Below the pieces are notes generated by a model that was given only the letters and a program-made list of their open reading frames with translations, had not been told where the DNA came from and made no database searches. This document shows positions 9,225 through 17,938 of a stretch of DNA of 28,690 bases, piece by piece. This DNA comes from Myxococcota bacterium. GTDB taxonomy: Bacteria > Myxococcota > JACRCW01. Where the stretch lies: NCBI GenBank assembly GCA_040752415.1, contig JBFMGU010000136.1, positions 1-28,690 on the forward strand, in the 5' to 3' direction. Positions within the stretch are counted from its first letter, which is position 1. The number at the start of each line of letters is the position of its first letter. Made by a program: the position numbers and the translations under genes.

Positions 9225-10246
9225 GCATGAACACGTTTGGCCGCATCTTCCGCATCACCACCTTTGGCGAGAGCCATGGTCCCGCCATGGGCTGCGTCGT
9301 CGACGGGTGTCCCGCGGGAGTGCCGCTTCCACTGGAGCGCATCCAGGCGGCGCTGGACCGTCGGAAGCCGGGTCAGTCCGCGCTCACCACGTCGAGGCGG
9401 GAGCCGGACCAGGCGGAGATTCTCTCGGGCGTCTACGAGGGGAAAACGCTGGGCACGCCCATCGCCGTCATCGTGCGAAACCAGGATCAGCGACCGCAGG
9501 ATTACGAAGCGCTGAAGCGCGTCGACCGTCCCGGTCATGCCGATGCGGTCTGGCGCGAGCGTTACAAGCACCGTGATCCTCGAGGAGGCGGGCGCACCAG
9601 CGGGCGTGAGACGTTGTGTCGCGTGGTCGGTGGTTCCATTGCGGAGGCGCTGCTGGAGCGGGAGGCTCCCGACGTGAAAGTGGTGGGGTGGGTCTCCCAG
9701 GTGGGCCCGCTTCGCGCCGCCTCGCCCGCCTTCACACTGACGCGCGCGGAGGTGGATGCGCATCCCACGCGGTGTCCGGATGCGTCGGTGTCGACGACGA
9801 TGGCGGAGCGCATTGCCGAAGCGAAGCAGGCGGGTGACAGCCTGGGCGGCACCGTCGACGTGAGGGTCACCGGCCTTCCGGTGGGGCTGGGTGAGCCTGT
9901 GTTCGGGAAGCTCAAGGCGCTCTTCGCGTCCGCGCTCGGGAGCATTGGCGCCGTCAGTGGCGTGACGTGGGGCGCGCCGGACTGGCTGGAGCATCTCTCA
10001 GAGCCGGGCAGTGTGTTCCACCAGCGCAAGGACAACTACGGCGGCATCCAGGGCGGGCTCTCCAACGGCGAACCCGTGTTGTTGCGCGCGTACTTCAAAC
10101 CGCCAGCCACGCTTGGCGAACACGCACGAGCCGGTCGACACGACCCCTGCATCCTTCCGCGCGCGGTTCCCGTCGTGGAGGCCATGGTGTCCCTGGTGCT
10201 GGCCGACCTGTGGCTGCAGATGCTCGCGCAGCCGCACCGGGAATGA
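9221..10246 (+). CDS. aroC: Chorismate synthase
   Basis: MNTFG..FRITTFGESHG, RPGHAD, RGGGRTSGRET, GGIQGGLSNG, FKPPAT, GRHDPCILPRAVPVVEAM. ATGA overlap. Confidence 0.96.
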   Translation: MSMNTFGRIFRITTFGESHGPAMGCVVDGCPAGVPLPLERIQAALDRRKPGQSALTTSRREPDQAEILSGVYEGKTLGTPIAVIVRNQDQRPQDYEALKRVDRPGHADAVWRERYKHRDPRGGGRTSGRETLCRVVGGSIAEALLEREAPDVKVVGWVSQVGPLRAASPAFTLTRAEVDAHPTRCPDASVSTTMAERIAEAKQAGDSLGGTVDVRVTGLPVGLGEPVFGKLKALFASALGSIGAVSGVTWGAPDWLEHLSEPGSVFHQRKDNYGGIQGGLSNGEPVLLRAYFKPPATLGEHARAGRHDPCILPRAVPVVEAMVSLVLADLWLQMLAQPHRE

Positions 10247-11313
10247 ACATGGCCCAGGCACCGACGCCGCCGGGAGCGTACGTTCCCGCGCAGGATGTGT
10301 GGGGACGCTTCGAGGACCTCGTCGCGGAGCTGCCCGAGGGGACGTTCGTTCTTGTCGACGAGCGCGTACAGCGTCTGCACCCGAAGGTGACGCGCGCGTT
10401 GAAGAAACGCAAACCGCTGCGGGTCGTGGCGTTGAAGGCGGGTGAGAACGTCAAGACCGTCACGCGACTGCAAACGGTGGCGACGGCGGCGCACGCGCTC
10501 AAGCGCAGCGGGTTGATGCTCTGCATTGGCGGCGGGACGGTGGGAGACCTGGGAACCGTGGCGGCGCATCTCATCAAGCGCGGCGTGCCACTCATCCACG
10601 TTCCCACGACGTTGCTCGCCGCCGTCGACAGCAGCGTGGGAGGGAAGGGCGCATTGCACGTGGGGCGTGTCAAGAATGCGCTGGGGGCATTCCACTACCC
10701 GGTGAAGACGTGGATCTGCCCCGAGCTGTTCGAGACGCTCGCGCCCGCGCAGATTCGGGAAGGCATCACCGAGGCGTGGAAGATGTTCGCGTGTCTGGAT
10801 GCGGCGCGTTTCCAGCGTTTCCGCGAGGCGGCGCCGGCGCTTCCCGAGCTCATCCGTGACGCGCGCTCGGTCAAGGAGCGTGTCTGCGCGGTGGACCCCT
10901 ACGACGCCACCGGTGTCCGCGCGGTGCTCAACTTCGGGCACACGTTCGGTCATGTCATTGAGACGTTGTCGCGGTTCCGGGTCTCTCACGGCGACGCGGT
11001 GGGGCTGGGCATCCGCTGCGCGCTGGATGTTGGGCACGCGCTGGGTGTCACCAACGGACCTGTGCGGGATGACGTCGAGGGCACGCTGGAACGCTGTGTG
11101 GGCATCTTGCCGCGCGAACGCCTGGCGCGGGTCCTCAGCAGCGCTTCCGCCGCCGACATCCGTCACGTCCTCCTCGCGGACAAGAAGGGTGCGGACGCTG
11201 CCGCGGTGAAGATGGTGCTGTTGCGGGATGTGGGAGCCACCGTGTCCATGAACGTGCCGACGACGACGTGGATGGCATTGCTTCCTGCGTGGCGGAAGGG
11301 TGTGCGCCCGTGA
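10243..11313 (+). CDS. aroB: 3-dehydroquinate synthase
   Basis: GENVKT, IGGGTVGDLG, VPTTLLAAVDSSVGGK, KNALGAF, LNFGHTFGHVIE, HGDAV, DKK. ATGA overlap. Confidence 0.95.
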   Translation: MNMAQAPTPPGAYVPAQDVWGRFEDLVAELPEGTFVLVDERVQRLHPKVTRALKKRKPLRVVALKAGENVKTVTRLQTVATAAHALKRSGLMLCIGGGTVGDLGTVAAHLIKRGVPLIHVPTTLLAAVDSSVGGKGALHVGRVKNALGAFHYPVKTWICPELFETLAPAQIREGITEAWKMFACLDAARFQRFREAAPALPELIRDARSVKERVCAVDPYDATGVRAVLNFGHTFGHVIETLSRFRVSHGDAVGLGIRCALDVGHALGVTNGPVRDDVEGTLERCVGILPRERLARVLSSASAADIRHVLLADKKGADAAAVKMVLLRDVGATVSMNVPTTTWMALLPAWRKGVRP

Positions 11314-12527
11314 GAGTGGACGCGCGGGTCCTCCATGCGGGTGTGCTCACCGCGCCGCCTTCCAAGTCCGACGCGCACCGTGCGCTCGTGCTGGCGGACA
11401 TCCTGGGTCTCCCGGTGGAGGTTCCCGACGACGCTCCCCATGACATGCACGTCCTGCGTCGCGGCTTGCGGGCGATCCACGGCGCCACCGGTACGGTCGA
11501 GGTGGATTGCGAGGACGCGGGTGCGCCGTTCCGTTTCCTCCTCACCTACGCGGCCATTCAGCCGGGACTGCGCACGCGCTTCACGGGAACGTCGCGCCTG
11601 GGGGAGCGGCCGCATGGTCCGTTGTTGGATTCCCTGCGCGCGGCGGGTGTGAGCATTTCGGTGGGAGAGCCCTGGCCCGTCGTCGTTGATGGAGGTGCGT
11701 GGGAGGGCGAGCCGGTGGTGCGGGTGGATGGCACCGTCAGCAGCCAGTACGTGAGCAGCCTCCTGCTCGGAGCGGCGGCACTGCAGTTCCGTCAGCGTCG
11801 CGCGTGGACCGTGGAGTTGACCGGAACACCGACGAGCGTGGGCTATCTCGACCTCACGCTGGGCTGGATGCGACGTGCCGGTTTCGTCGTCGACGGGGCG
11901 GGGACGCGCATCATCGTGAGTGGTCATCAATCCGTGACGCGCATGCCGCCCATCCCCGCGGACTGGTCCTCCCTGGGTTACCTGCTGCTGTGCGCGTGGG
12001 CGTCGGGAAGCACGGTGCAGAACGTCGACGTGGAATCCGAGCACCCGGACGCGGCGCTGGTGGGCGTGCTGCGCCAGGTGGGACTCTCCCTGACCGTGGA
12101 CGTCGAGGGAAACGCGCGCGTGGACGGAATGCCGACGAAGGGAATTGTCGCGGACGCCAAGGTCTGCCCGGACCTGGTTCCGACGCTGGCGGCGTGGTCT
12201 TGTGTGCTGCCCGCTCCCTCGATGTTTCACAACGTGGGCATCCTGCGCGGCAAGGAAAGTGACCGCGTGGAGGGTATCCGGCAGCTGGCACGCTCCGTCG
12301 GGGCTCACGTGGTCATCGACGGAGAGCTGCTGGAGGTCCACCCCACCAGGAAGCTGCCCGGGGTGTTCCACGTCGAGAGCGCGCACGATCACCGCCGGGT
12401 CATGAGCGCGGTGACCCTGGCGGTCCTCACCCGCTCCGAGGTGGACGTGGACGACGGAGCGTGCGTACGCAAGAGCTTTCCCGGATTCTGGGACCAGCTG
12501 CGTGGCCTGGGCGTGACGACGAGCTAA
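11310..12527 (+). CDS. aroA: EPSP synthase (3-phosphoshikimate 1-carboxyvinyltransferase)
   Basis: PPSKSDAHR, RLGERP, SSQYVSSLLL, DWSS, CPDLVP, LRGKESDR, DHR, KSFPGFW. GTGA overlap. Confidence 0.93.
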   Translation: MRVDARVLHAGVLTAPPSKSDAHRALVLADILGLPVEVPDDAPHDMHVLRRGLRAIHGATGTVEVDCEDAGAPFRFLLTYAAIQPGLRTRFTGTSRLGERPHGPLLDSLRAAGVSISVGEPWPVVVDGGAWEGEPVVRVDGTVSSQYVSSLLLGAAALQFRQRRAWTVELTGTPTSVGYLDLTLGWMRRAGFVVDGAGTRIIVSGHQSVTRMPPIPADWSSLGYLLLCAWASGSTVQNVDVESEHPDAALVGVLRQVGLSLTVDVEGNARVDGMPTKGIVADAKVCPDLVPTLAAWSCVLPAPSMFHNVGILRGKESDRVEGIRQLARSVGAHVVIDGELLEVHPTRKLPGVFHVESAHDHRRVMSAVTLAVLTRSEVDVDDGACVRKSFPGFWDQLRGLGVTTS

Positions 12528-12530
12528 GCC

Positions 12531-12800
12531 TCACCCCACCTTGCCGCGACTGTCCTCCAGGATGGCGTCCAGGACGGCTTCCACGAGACTCCCTGGGACC
12601 CCCAGGGCCTGCCCGTGCTCGACGAGCGAGCGTCGCATGGCGGCTTCCCGTTCCGGGTCACGGAGGGGCAGCGCGTGGGCCTGTTTCACCTCGCGCATGC
12701 GTCGCACCACGTCCCTCCGACGGGCGAGGAGCTCCACCAGCTCCTGGTCCAGGCGGTCAATGTCACGCCGCAGCGAGAGGATCTCCGGAGGCAGGGCCAT
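12531..12800 (-). CDS. Monofunctional AroQ-class chorismate mutase (~89 aa)
   Basis: LRRDIDRLDQELVELLARR....K....RDPERE is the AroQ signature. Adjacent to the aro operon. GTG 12815 is an alternative start. Confidence 0.88.
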   Translation of the reverse strand: MALPPEILSLRRDIDRLDQELVELLARRRDVVRRMREVKQAHALPLRDPEREAAMRRSLVEHGQALGVPGSLVEAVLDAILEDSRGKVG

Positions 12801-12862
12801 GGCATCCAGTACCACGCTGAAGCGGTACCACTCGACCTGCCCGTGCGTTAAATGGGCTCTCC

Positions 12863-15337
12863 ATGCGCCCTGAAGTCCTTGCCCCCGCCGGAGATGAGGC
12901 TGCCATGCGTGCGGCCGTCCGCGCTGGCGCCGACGCTGTCTACTTTGGCCTGCAGGCCTTCAACGCCCGTGCTCGCGCCACCAATTTCGACTCGGCGGGC
13001 CTGCGCAAGGTCATGCATGAGCTCCACGCCTGGGGCGTGAAGGGTTACGTGGCGCTCAACACGCTGGTGTTCGACCACGAGCTGGCGGCGCTGGAAGAGG
13101 CGGTGCGGGCGTGCGCGTGCGCGGGCGTCGACGCCGTCATTGTGCAGGACCTGGGCACCGCGCGCCTCTGTCACGCCGTGGCGCCGGGCCTGCCCATCCA
13201 TGCCTCCACGCAGATGACGTGCACGGATGCCGGCTCGGTGGAGCTGGCGGCGGAGATGGGAGCGCGGCGCGTGGTGCTGGCCCGTGAGCTTTCCCTGGAC
13301 GAGATTGCGCGCATCCGCGCCAGCACCGGGACCGAGCTGGAGGTGTTCGTCCACGGCGCGCTCTGTGTCTCCTACTCGGGACAGTGTCTCACCAGTGAGG
13401 CCATTGGCGGGCGCAGCGCCAACCGCGGTGCGTGCGCGCAGGCGTGCCGTTTGCCGTATGAGCTCGTCGTGGATGGGCAGGTGAAGGACCTGGGTGAACG
13501 CGCCCACCTGTTGTCTCCGGGTGACCTTGAGTCCTCGCATCTCGTCGGACGGATGGCGGAGCTGGGCATCTCGTCGCTGAAGATCGAGGGACGGCTCAAG
13601 TCGCCGGACTACGTGGCGGCGGTGACGCGGTTGTATCGCGCCGCGGTCGACGAGACAGATGTGCCTCGCGAAACGCTTCGTCGGGAGGCGTTGATCACCT
13701 ACTCGCGTGGGTCCGGGCCGGGCTTCCTGGAAGGGGTGAACCACCAGGTCCTCGTCGAGGGGCGGACGTGTGAGCACCGGGGCCTGCTTGCCGGTGAGGT
13801 GGAATCCGTCGTCAACATCCGTGGCAAGCCGTGGCTGCGACTGACCTCCCGTGAACCGCTGGCGCGCGGTGACGGGTTGATGGTGGAGGGCGGACGTGCC
13901 GGCGCGGGAGAGACGGGCGGACGCATCTGGGACCTCCTCGTCGACGGAGAAGCGGTTGCGCGGGTGGACCCCGGCGTGGAAGCGCTGGTGTGGATGGGCC
14001 CCGACACCGACGTGCGCGGCGTGGTTGTTGGCCGTCGCGTGTTCCTCAACGGCGTGAACAACCTGGAAGCGCGCATCCTGGAGATGGTGGAGCGCGCGCC
14101 GCACCGCGAGCCGGTGGACATGGTCATCCGCGGCGCGGTGGGGAATCCGTTCACGCTGGAAGCGCACAGCGCGCGGGGGCTCGAGGCTTCCGTGACGTCG
14201 GATACGCCGGTGCAGAGCGCCGAGGGACGTCCCACCGAGGTCAGCGTGCTGCGCGAGAAACTGGGCCGGCTGGGTGACACGCCGTACGTGCTCCGTGAGC
14301 TGCGCAATGAGCTGGCCAACGACGCCATGGTCCCGGTGAGCGCGCTCAACCGCGCACGTCGCGGCCTGGCCGACGCGCTGCGGGCATCCGGGTCCCGTTC
14401 CCACGCCACCACCGACGTCACCGCGAAGAAGCTGCTGGACGCGGTACGCATGGATGACCGCACGCCGCCACCCGCGGGGCTGTTCGTGTTGTGTCGGACG
14501 CTGGAGCAGGCGGTGGCCGCGCACCAGGCGGGCGCCGACGGCATCTACCTGGATTTCCTGGCGCTGACCGGGATGAGCCGGGCCATGGAGCAGCTGCGCG
14601 CCATGGGAGTTCCCTTCGTGGGAGTGGCGCCGCCGCGCATCCGCAAGCCGGGCGAGGAGAAGATCGACCGTTTCCTGACGTCGCTGGAACCGGACGCGTT
14701 CCTGGTGCGCGGGCTGGGCGCGCTGCGCGAGGGCGCGATGACGCCGCCGGAACCCGGGCCTCGTCGGGCGCTGCGCATTGGCGACTTCTCCCTCAACATC
14801 ACCAACCGGCTCAGCGCCGCGGAAGTGTTGAAGCGCAACCTGGACGCGTTCACGCCTTCGTTCGACCTGGACAGCGCGCAGCTCTCCGCATTGCTCTCGA
14901 CGAGCGTGGGCCCGTTCGCGGAGCTGGTGGTTCATCACCCCATGCCGCTCTTCCACATGGAGCACTGCCTGTTCGCGGCGCTGCTTTCCGAGGGACGCGA
15001 CTACCGCACGTGCGGCCGCCCGTGTGAACAGCACGTGGTGTCCCTGCGCGATCGCGTGGGGTTGGACAACCCGGTGGAGGCGGACATCGGCTGTCGCAAC
15101 ACGGTGTTCCACGCCAAGCCGCAGAGCGCGGCAGGGCAGGTGCCGGGAGCGGTGCGCGCTGGTTGTCGACGTTTCCGCGTGGAGCTGGTGCGCGAGAAGC
15201 CCTCCGACGTGGAGCGCATCGTGCGGGCGTACCAGTCGCTCATTGCCGGACGGACGACGCCGGCAGAGGTGTTCCGCACGTTGTCGACGGAAGAAGGCTA
15301 CGGCGTGGTGCGCGGTTCCTTGCGCGTGCTGGGTTAG
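12863..15337 (+). CDS. U32 'peptidase' family Fe-S hydroxylase, long RlhA/YdcP-like form (DUF3656-like segment and second Cys-rich C-terminal module)
   Basis: PEVLAPAG, GADAVYFG, HASTQM, ELEVFVHGALC-x6-C-x15-C-x3-C, SLKIEGR; LGRLGDTPY; C-terminal EHC...CGRPC...GCRNTVF. Confidence 0.9.
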   Translation: MRPEVLAPAGDEAAMRAAVRAGADAVYFGLQAFNARARATNFDSAGLRKVMHELHAWGVKGYVALNTLVFDHELAALEEAVRACACAGVDAVIVQDLGTARLCHAVAPGLPIHASTQMTCTDAGSVELAAEMGARRVVLARELSLDEIARIRASTGTELEVFVHGALCVSYSGQCLTSEAIGGRSANRGACAQACRLPYELVVDGQVKDLGERAHLLSPGDLESSHLVGRMAELGISSLKIEGRLKSPDYVAAVTRLYRAAVDETDVPRETLRREALITYSRGSGPGFLEGVNHQVLVEGRTCEHRGLLAGEVESVVNIRGKPWLRLTSREPLARGDGLMVEGGRAGAGETGGRIWDLLVDGEAVARVDPGVEALVWMGPDTDVRGVVVGRRVFLNGVNNLEARILEMVERAPHREPVDMVIRGAVGNPFTLEAHSARGLEASVTSDTPVQSAEGRPTEVSVLREKLGRLGDTPYVLRELRNELANDAMVPVSALNRARRGLADALRASGSRSHATTDVTAKKLLDAVRMDDRTPPPAGLFVLCRTLEQAVAAHQAGADGIYLDFLALTGMSRAMEQLRAMGVPFVGVAPPRIRKPGEEKIDRFLTSLEPDAFLVRGLGALREGAMTPPEPGPRRALRIGDFSLNITNRLSAAEVLKRNLDAFTPSFDLDSAQLSALLSTSVGPFAELVVHHPMPLFHMEHCLFAALLSEGRDYRTCGRPCEQHVVSLRDRVGLDNPVEADIGCRNTVFHAKPQSAAGQVPGAVRAGCRRFRVELVREKPSDVERIVRAYQSLIAGRTTPAEVFRTLSTEEGYGVVRGSLRVLG

Positions 15338-15465
15338 CCTGGCTCACGCGGAACAACAACGTTTCATCGGGATGTGACGCTGGCGGCGGGCAGTGCTTCG
15401 TCCCGCGTGCGCACGGAGTGCGTCCGCACGCGGGAACGCCGGGAGCAGGCGCTGTTGCTTCATGA

Positions 15466-15489
15466 CACTGGTAGATATATCTTGAAGTG
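15466..15489. promoter_or_regulatory. Candidate PadR operator: CACT-N3-AGATATATCT-N3-AGTG
   Basis: Dyad-symmetric AT-rich island directly upstream of the hydrolase-padR pair in GC-rich DNA. Confidence 0.5.
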
Positions 15490-15503
15490 GTATGGAGATG
15501 GTC

Positions 15504-17165
15504 ATGCGCCTGCTGTTGGGTCTCGTGGTGTTGTGGGGGATGGGATGCGCCGCTGGCCGCAGCGTCACGGTGCGAAGCGTTGGTGTGCCGATGGAGGATG
15601 GGGTCCGCCTGGCCGTGGACGTCATTCTGCCGTCGGAAACGGAAGGGGCGCGGGTGCCGGCGGTGCTCCTCCAGACGCGGTACTGGCGCAGCTTTGCGCT
15701 GCGGATTCCCGATCCAAAGGGTCAGCCTCCGCCGGCGCCGCGCGAGGACATCGCCCAGAAGTTGACGGACGCGGGTTATGCCGTGGTGGTGGCGGACGTC
15801 CGTGGGACGGGCGCGTCGCAGGGACGCTGGGAGCGACCGTTCTCACGGCAGGAGGTCGCGGACTCCTCGGCGCTGCTGGATTTCATTGCGGCCCAGCCCT
15901 GGTCCAATGGAAAGGTGGGGACCTACGGCGTTTCCTATGAGGGAAGCACGGCGCTGCTCACTGCCACGCATCCCCATCCCGCGCTGAAGGCCGTGCTCGC
16001 GCGGCAGGTGGAATGGGATCTCCTCGATGAGCTCCTGGCACCCGGTGGTGTCCGGAATGTCACGTTCCCCGAGGACTGGGGCCGCGCCGTGGCGGCGCTG
16101 GACCGCAATCAGTACCCGGACTTCTTCCCGCAGATGTTCCGCTGGCTGATTCGCGGCGTGCGTCCGTTGGATGATGATTCTGGCGGCGTAACCCTCTCCG
16201 CGCTGGTGACGGCTCGGAGCGTGGCCAATGTGGCGTCGGACGTGGCCACCATCCGCCGCCCCGAGGATCCGTTTGGCGTCGGCGGTCCCCCGGTGGCGAG
16301 CCTGTGCCCGGCCGGTCACGTCGACGAGCTGAGAAACACCACCGCAGCGGTGGCCATCTGGGGCAGCTGGTGGGACGCCGCCACCGCGGACGCCGTCCTG
16401 CGCGCCGTCGACGCCATGCCCATCCGCGAAGCCATGATTGGTCCCTGGAATCACGAGGGGACGGCGAATGCCAGCCCGTTCGCACGTGGCAACAGTCGTG
16501 ATCCCACCGTGGCCCTGGAGGACGTGGTGGCGTACTTCGACCGTCACCTGAAAGGGAGTGGCTCGTCGACATCGCGGTTCCGCTGGTTCGTGGGCGGCGC
16601 GGAGGCGTGGGATGCGGGGGAGTCCTGGCCTCGGACCCGGGAGGCGCGGCTTCATCTCGTCGACGGCGGTGGGCTGCTTGGTAGCAGCGGCGCGCTGCGT
16701 GAGATCCTCGACGTGGACTTTCGGGCATCATCCGGATCCACGAACCGCTGGGTGGCGGGTCTGCTTCGGCCCGTGGACTACGGTGATCGTCGACAGGTAC
16801 GCGGGACACGCGCCTGGTCCACGGCGCCATCCGCGGAACCGGTGTCGATCTTCGGCGCGCCCACGTGGGATTGCGTCGTGGAGCTGGATGGTCCGGAGGC
16901 GGCGCTGCACGTGTACCTGGATGCGGTGGAGGCCGACGGGAGCACCCGCTACGTGACCGAGGGCGTTGCGCGCGTCTCCTCTGGCGTCGTCACGGTCCGC
17001 ATGCGCCCGGTGGCGGTGTCCCTGGGGACCGGAGCCCGCTTGCGCGTCGCCGTGGCGGGCGCGGATGCAGGCAACTTCGAGCGCGTCCCGGCGGAGGCAG
17101 CGCGTCGCATCACGTTCACGTCGGGGGGCGCCCGCGGGTGTTCCCTGGGAATCCCGGTGCGGTAG
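15504..17165 (+). CDS. CocE/NonD family alpha/beta hydrolase, probable lipoprotein
   Basis: PMEDGVRLAVD, QTRY, DVRGTGASQG, nucleophile motif GVSYEG, IGPWNH; lipobox-like LWGMGC. Start 15504 follows GGAG; 15492 and 15498 are alternatives. Confidence 0.88.
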   Translation: MRLLLGLVVLWGMGCAAGRSVTVRSVGVPMEDGVRLAVDVILPSETEGARVPAVLLQTRYWRSFALRIPDPKGQPPPAPREDIAQKLTDAGYAVVVADVRGTGASQGRWERPFSRQEVADSSALLDFIAAQPWSNGKVGTYGVSYEGSTALLTATHPHPALKAVLARQVEWDLLDELLAPGGVRNVTFPEDWGRAVAALDRNQYPDFFPQMFRWLIRGVRPLDDDSGGVTLSALVTARSVANVASDVATIRRPEDPFGVGGPPVASLCPAGHVDELRNTTAAVAIWGSWWDAATADAVLRAVDAMPIREAMIGPWNHEGTANASPFARGNSRDPTVALEDVVAYFDRHLKGSGSSTSRFRWFVGGAEAWDAGESWPRTREARLHLVDGGGLLGSSGALREILDVDFRASSGSTNRWVAGLLRPVDYGDRRQVRGTRAWSTAPSAEPVSIFGAPTWDCVVELDGPEAALHVYLDAVEADGSTRYVTEGVARVSSGVVTVRMRPVAVSLGTGARLRVAVAGADAGNFERVPAEAARRITFTSGGARGCSLGIPVR

Positions 17166-17186
17166 GGTGGCGCCCGGAGCCGGGGC

Positions 17187-17801
17187 ATGATCAGGAAGAA
17201 GGCAGCGCGGAGAACGTCGACGGAGCAGGCTGCGAGCCGCACCAACCGCAGCCAGTTTGTCATCCTGGGAATCCTCTCCATCCGTCCCGCCAGCGGGTAC
17301 GACATCCAGAAGGCCATTCAATCCAGCACCTCGTTCTTCTGGACCGAGAGCTACGGGCAGATCTACCCGACGCTGGAACGGCTGCTGGAGCAGGGACTGG
17401 TGCGTGCGCGGAAGGATGTCGGGTCAGGTCGTCGTCGGACCACCTACAGCATCACCGCGGAGGGGCGGCGCGCGTTCGACGCGTGGATTCGCGCTCCGTA
17501 CCAGCCCACCGTCGAGCGGAATGAGCTGCTCCTCAAGGTGTTCTTCGGACGTCTGGCCGAACCCGCGGTCACCGCGGCCCACTTGCGTCGAGCGCGCCAG
17601 GAGGCGGAGGTGTACCTGCATACGCTGCAGGGCATCGCGGAGCAGTTGAAGAAGCTGCTGCCCACGCGCAAGGAACGCATCCATACCGCCGCCACCGTGA
17701 AGCTCGGAATCGCCGCTGCGCGGGCGCAGATGGCGTGGTGTGACGAGGTGCTGTCGGAGCTGGAAGAAGAGTTTGGCAAGCGCTTGTTGCGGGAGAAGTA
17801 G
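17187..17801 (+). CDS. PadR family transcriptional regulator (AphA-like C-terminal domain)
   Basis: SGYDI, FFWTESYGQIYPTL..L, RRTTYSITAEGR, RNELLLKVFF. Confidence 0.93.
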   Translation: MIRKKAARRTSTEQAASRTNRSQFVILGILSIRPASGYDIQKAIQSSTSFFWTESYGQIYPTLERLLEQGLVRARKDVGSGRRRTTYSITAEGRRAFDAWIRAPYQPTVERNELLLKVFFGRLAEPAVTAAHLRRARQEAEVYLHTLQGIAEQLKKLLPTRKERIHTAATVKLGIAAARAQMAWCDEVLSELEEEFGKRLLREK

Positions 17802-17938
17802 TACGGTGGCCAGAAGTCCTTTCGCACGACGAGAGCTCCGTTCAGCCGGAGATTCATCCGCGGTGCCGGCATCCGACGAAAGCGGTCCGAGCGGCGCCCG
17901 CACCTCTGGGAGTGCGGTCTGCAATACCGCTTTGCATT

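Noticed and set aside
12848..15112. 754-aa antisense ORF and similar long antisense ORFs across the window
   Set aside because: Typical high-GC shadow ORFs opposite well-supported genes.
17898..17938. Intrinsic terminator after padR
   Set aside because: Only 5-6-bp stems and a poor U-tract; too weak to call.
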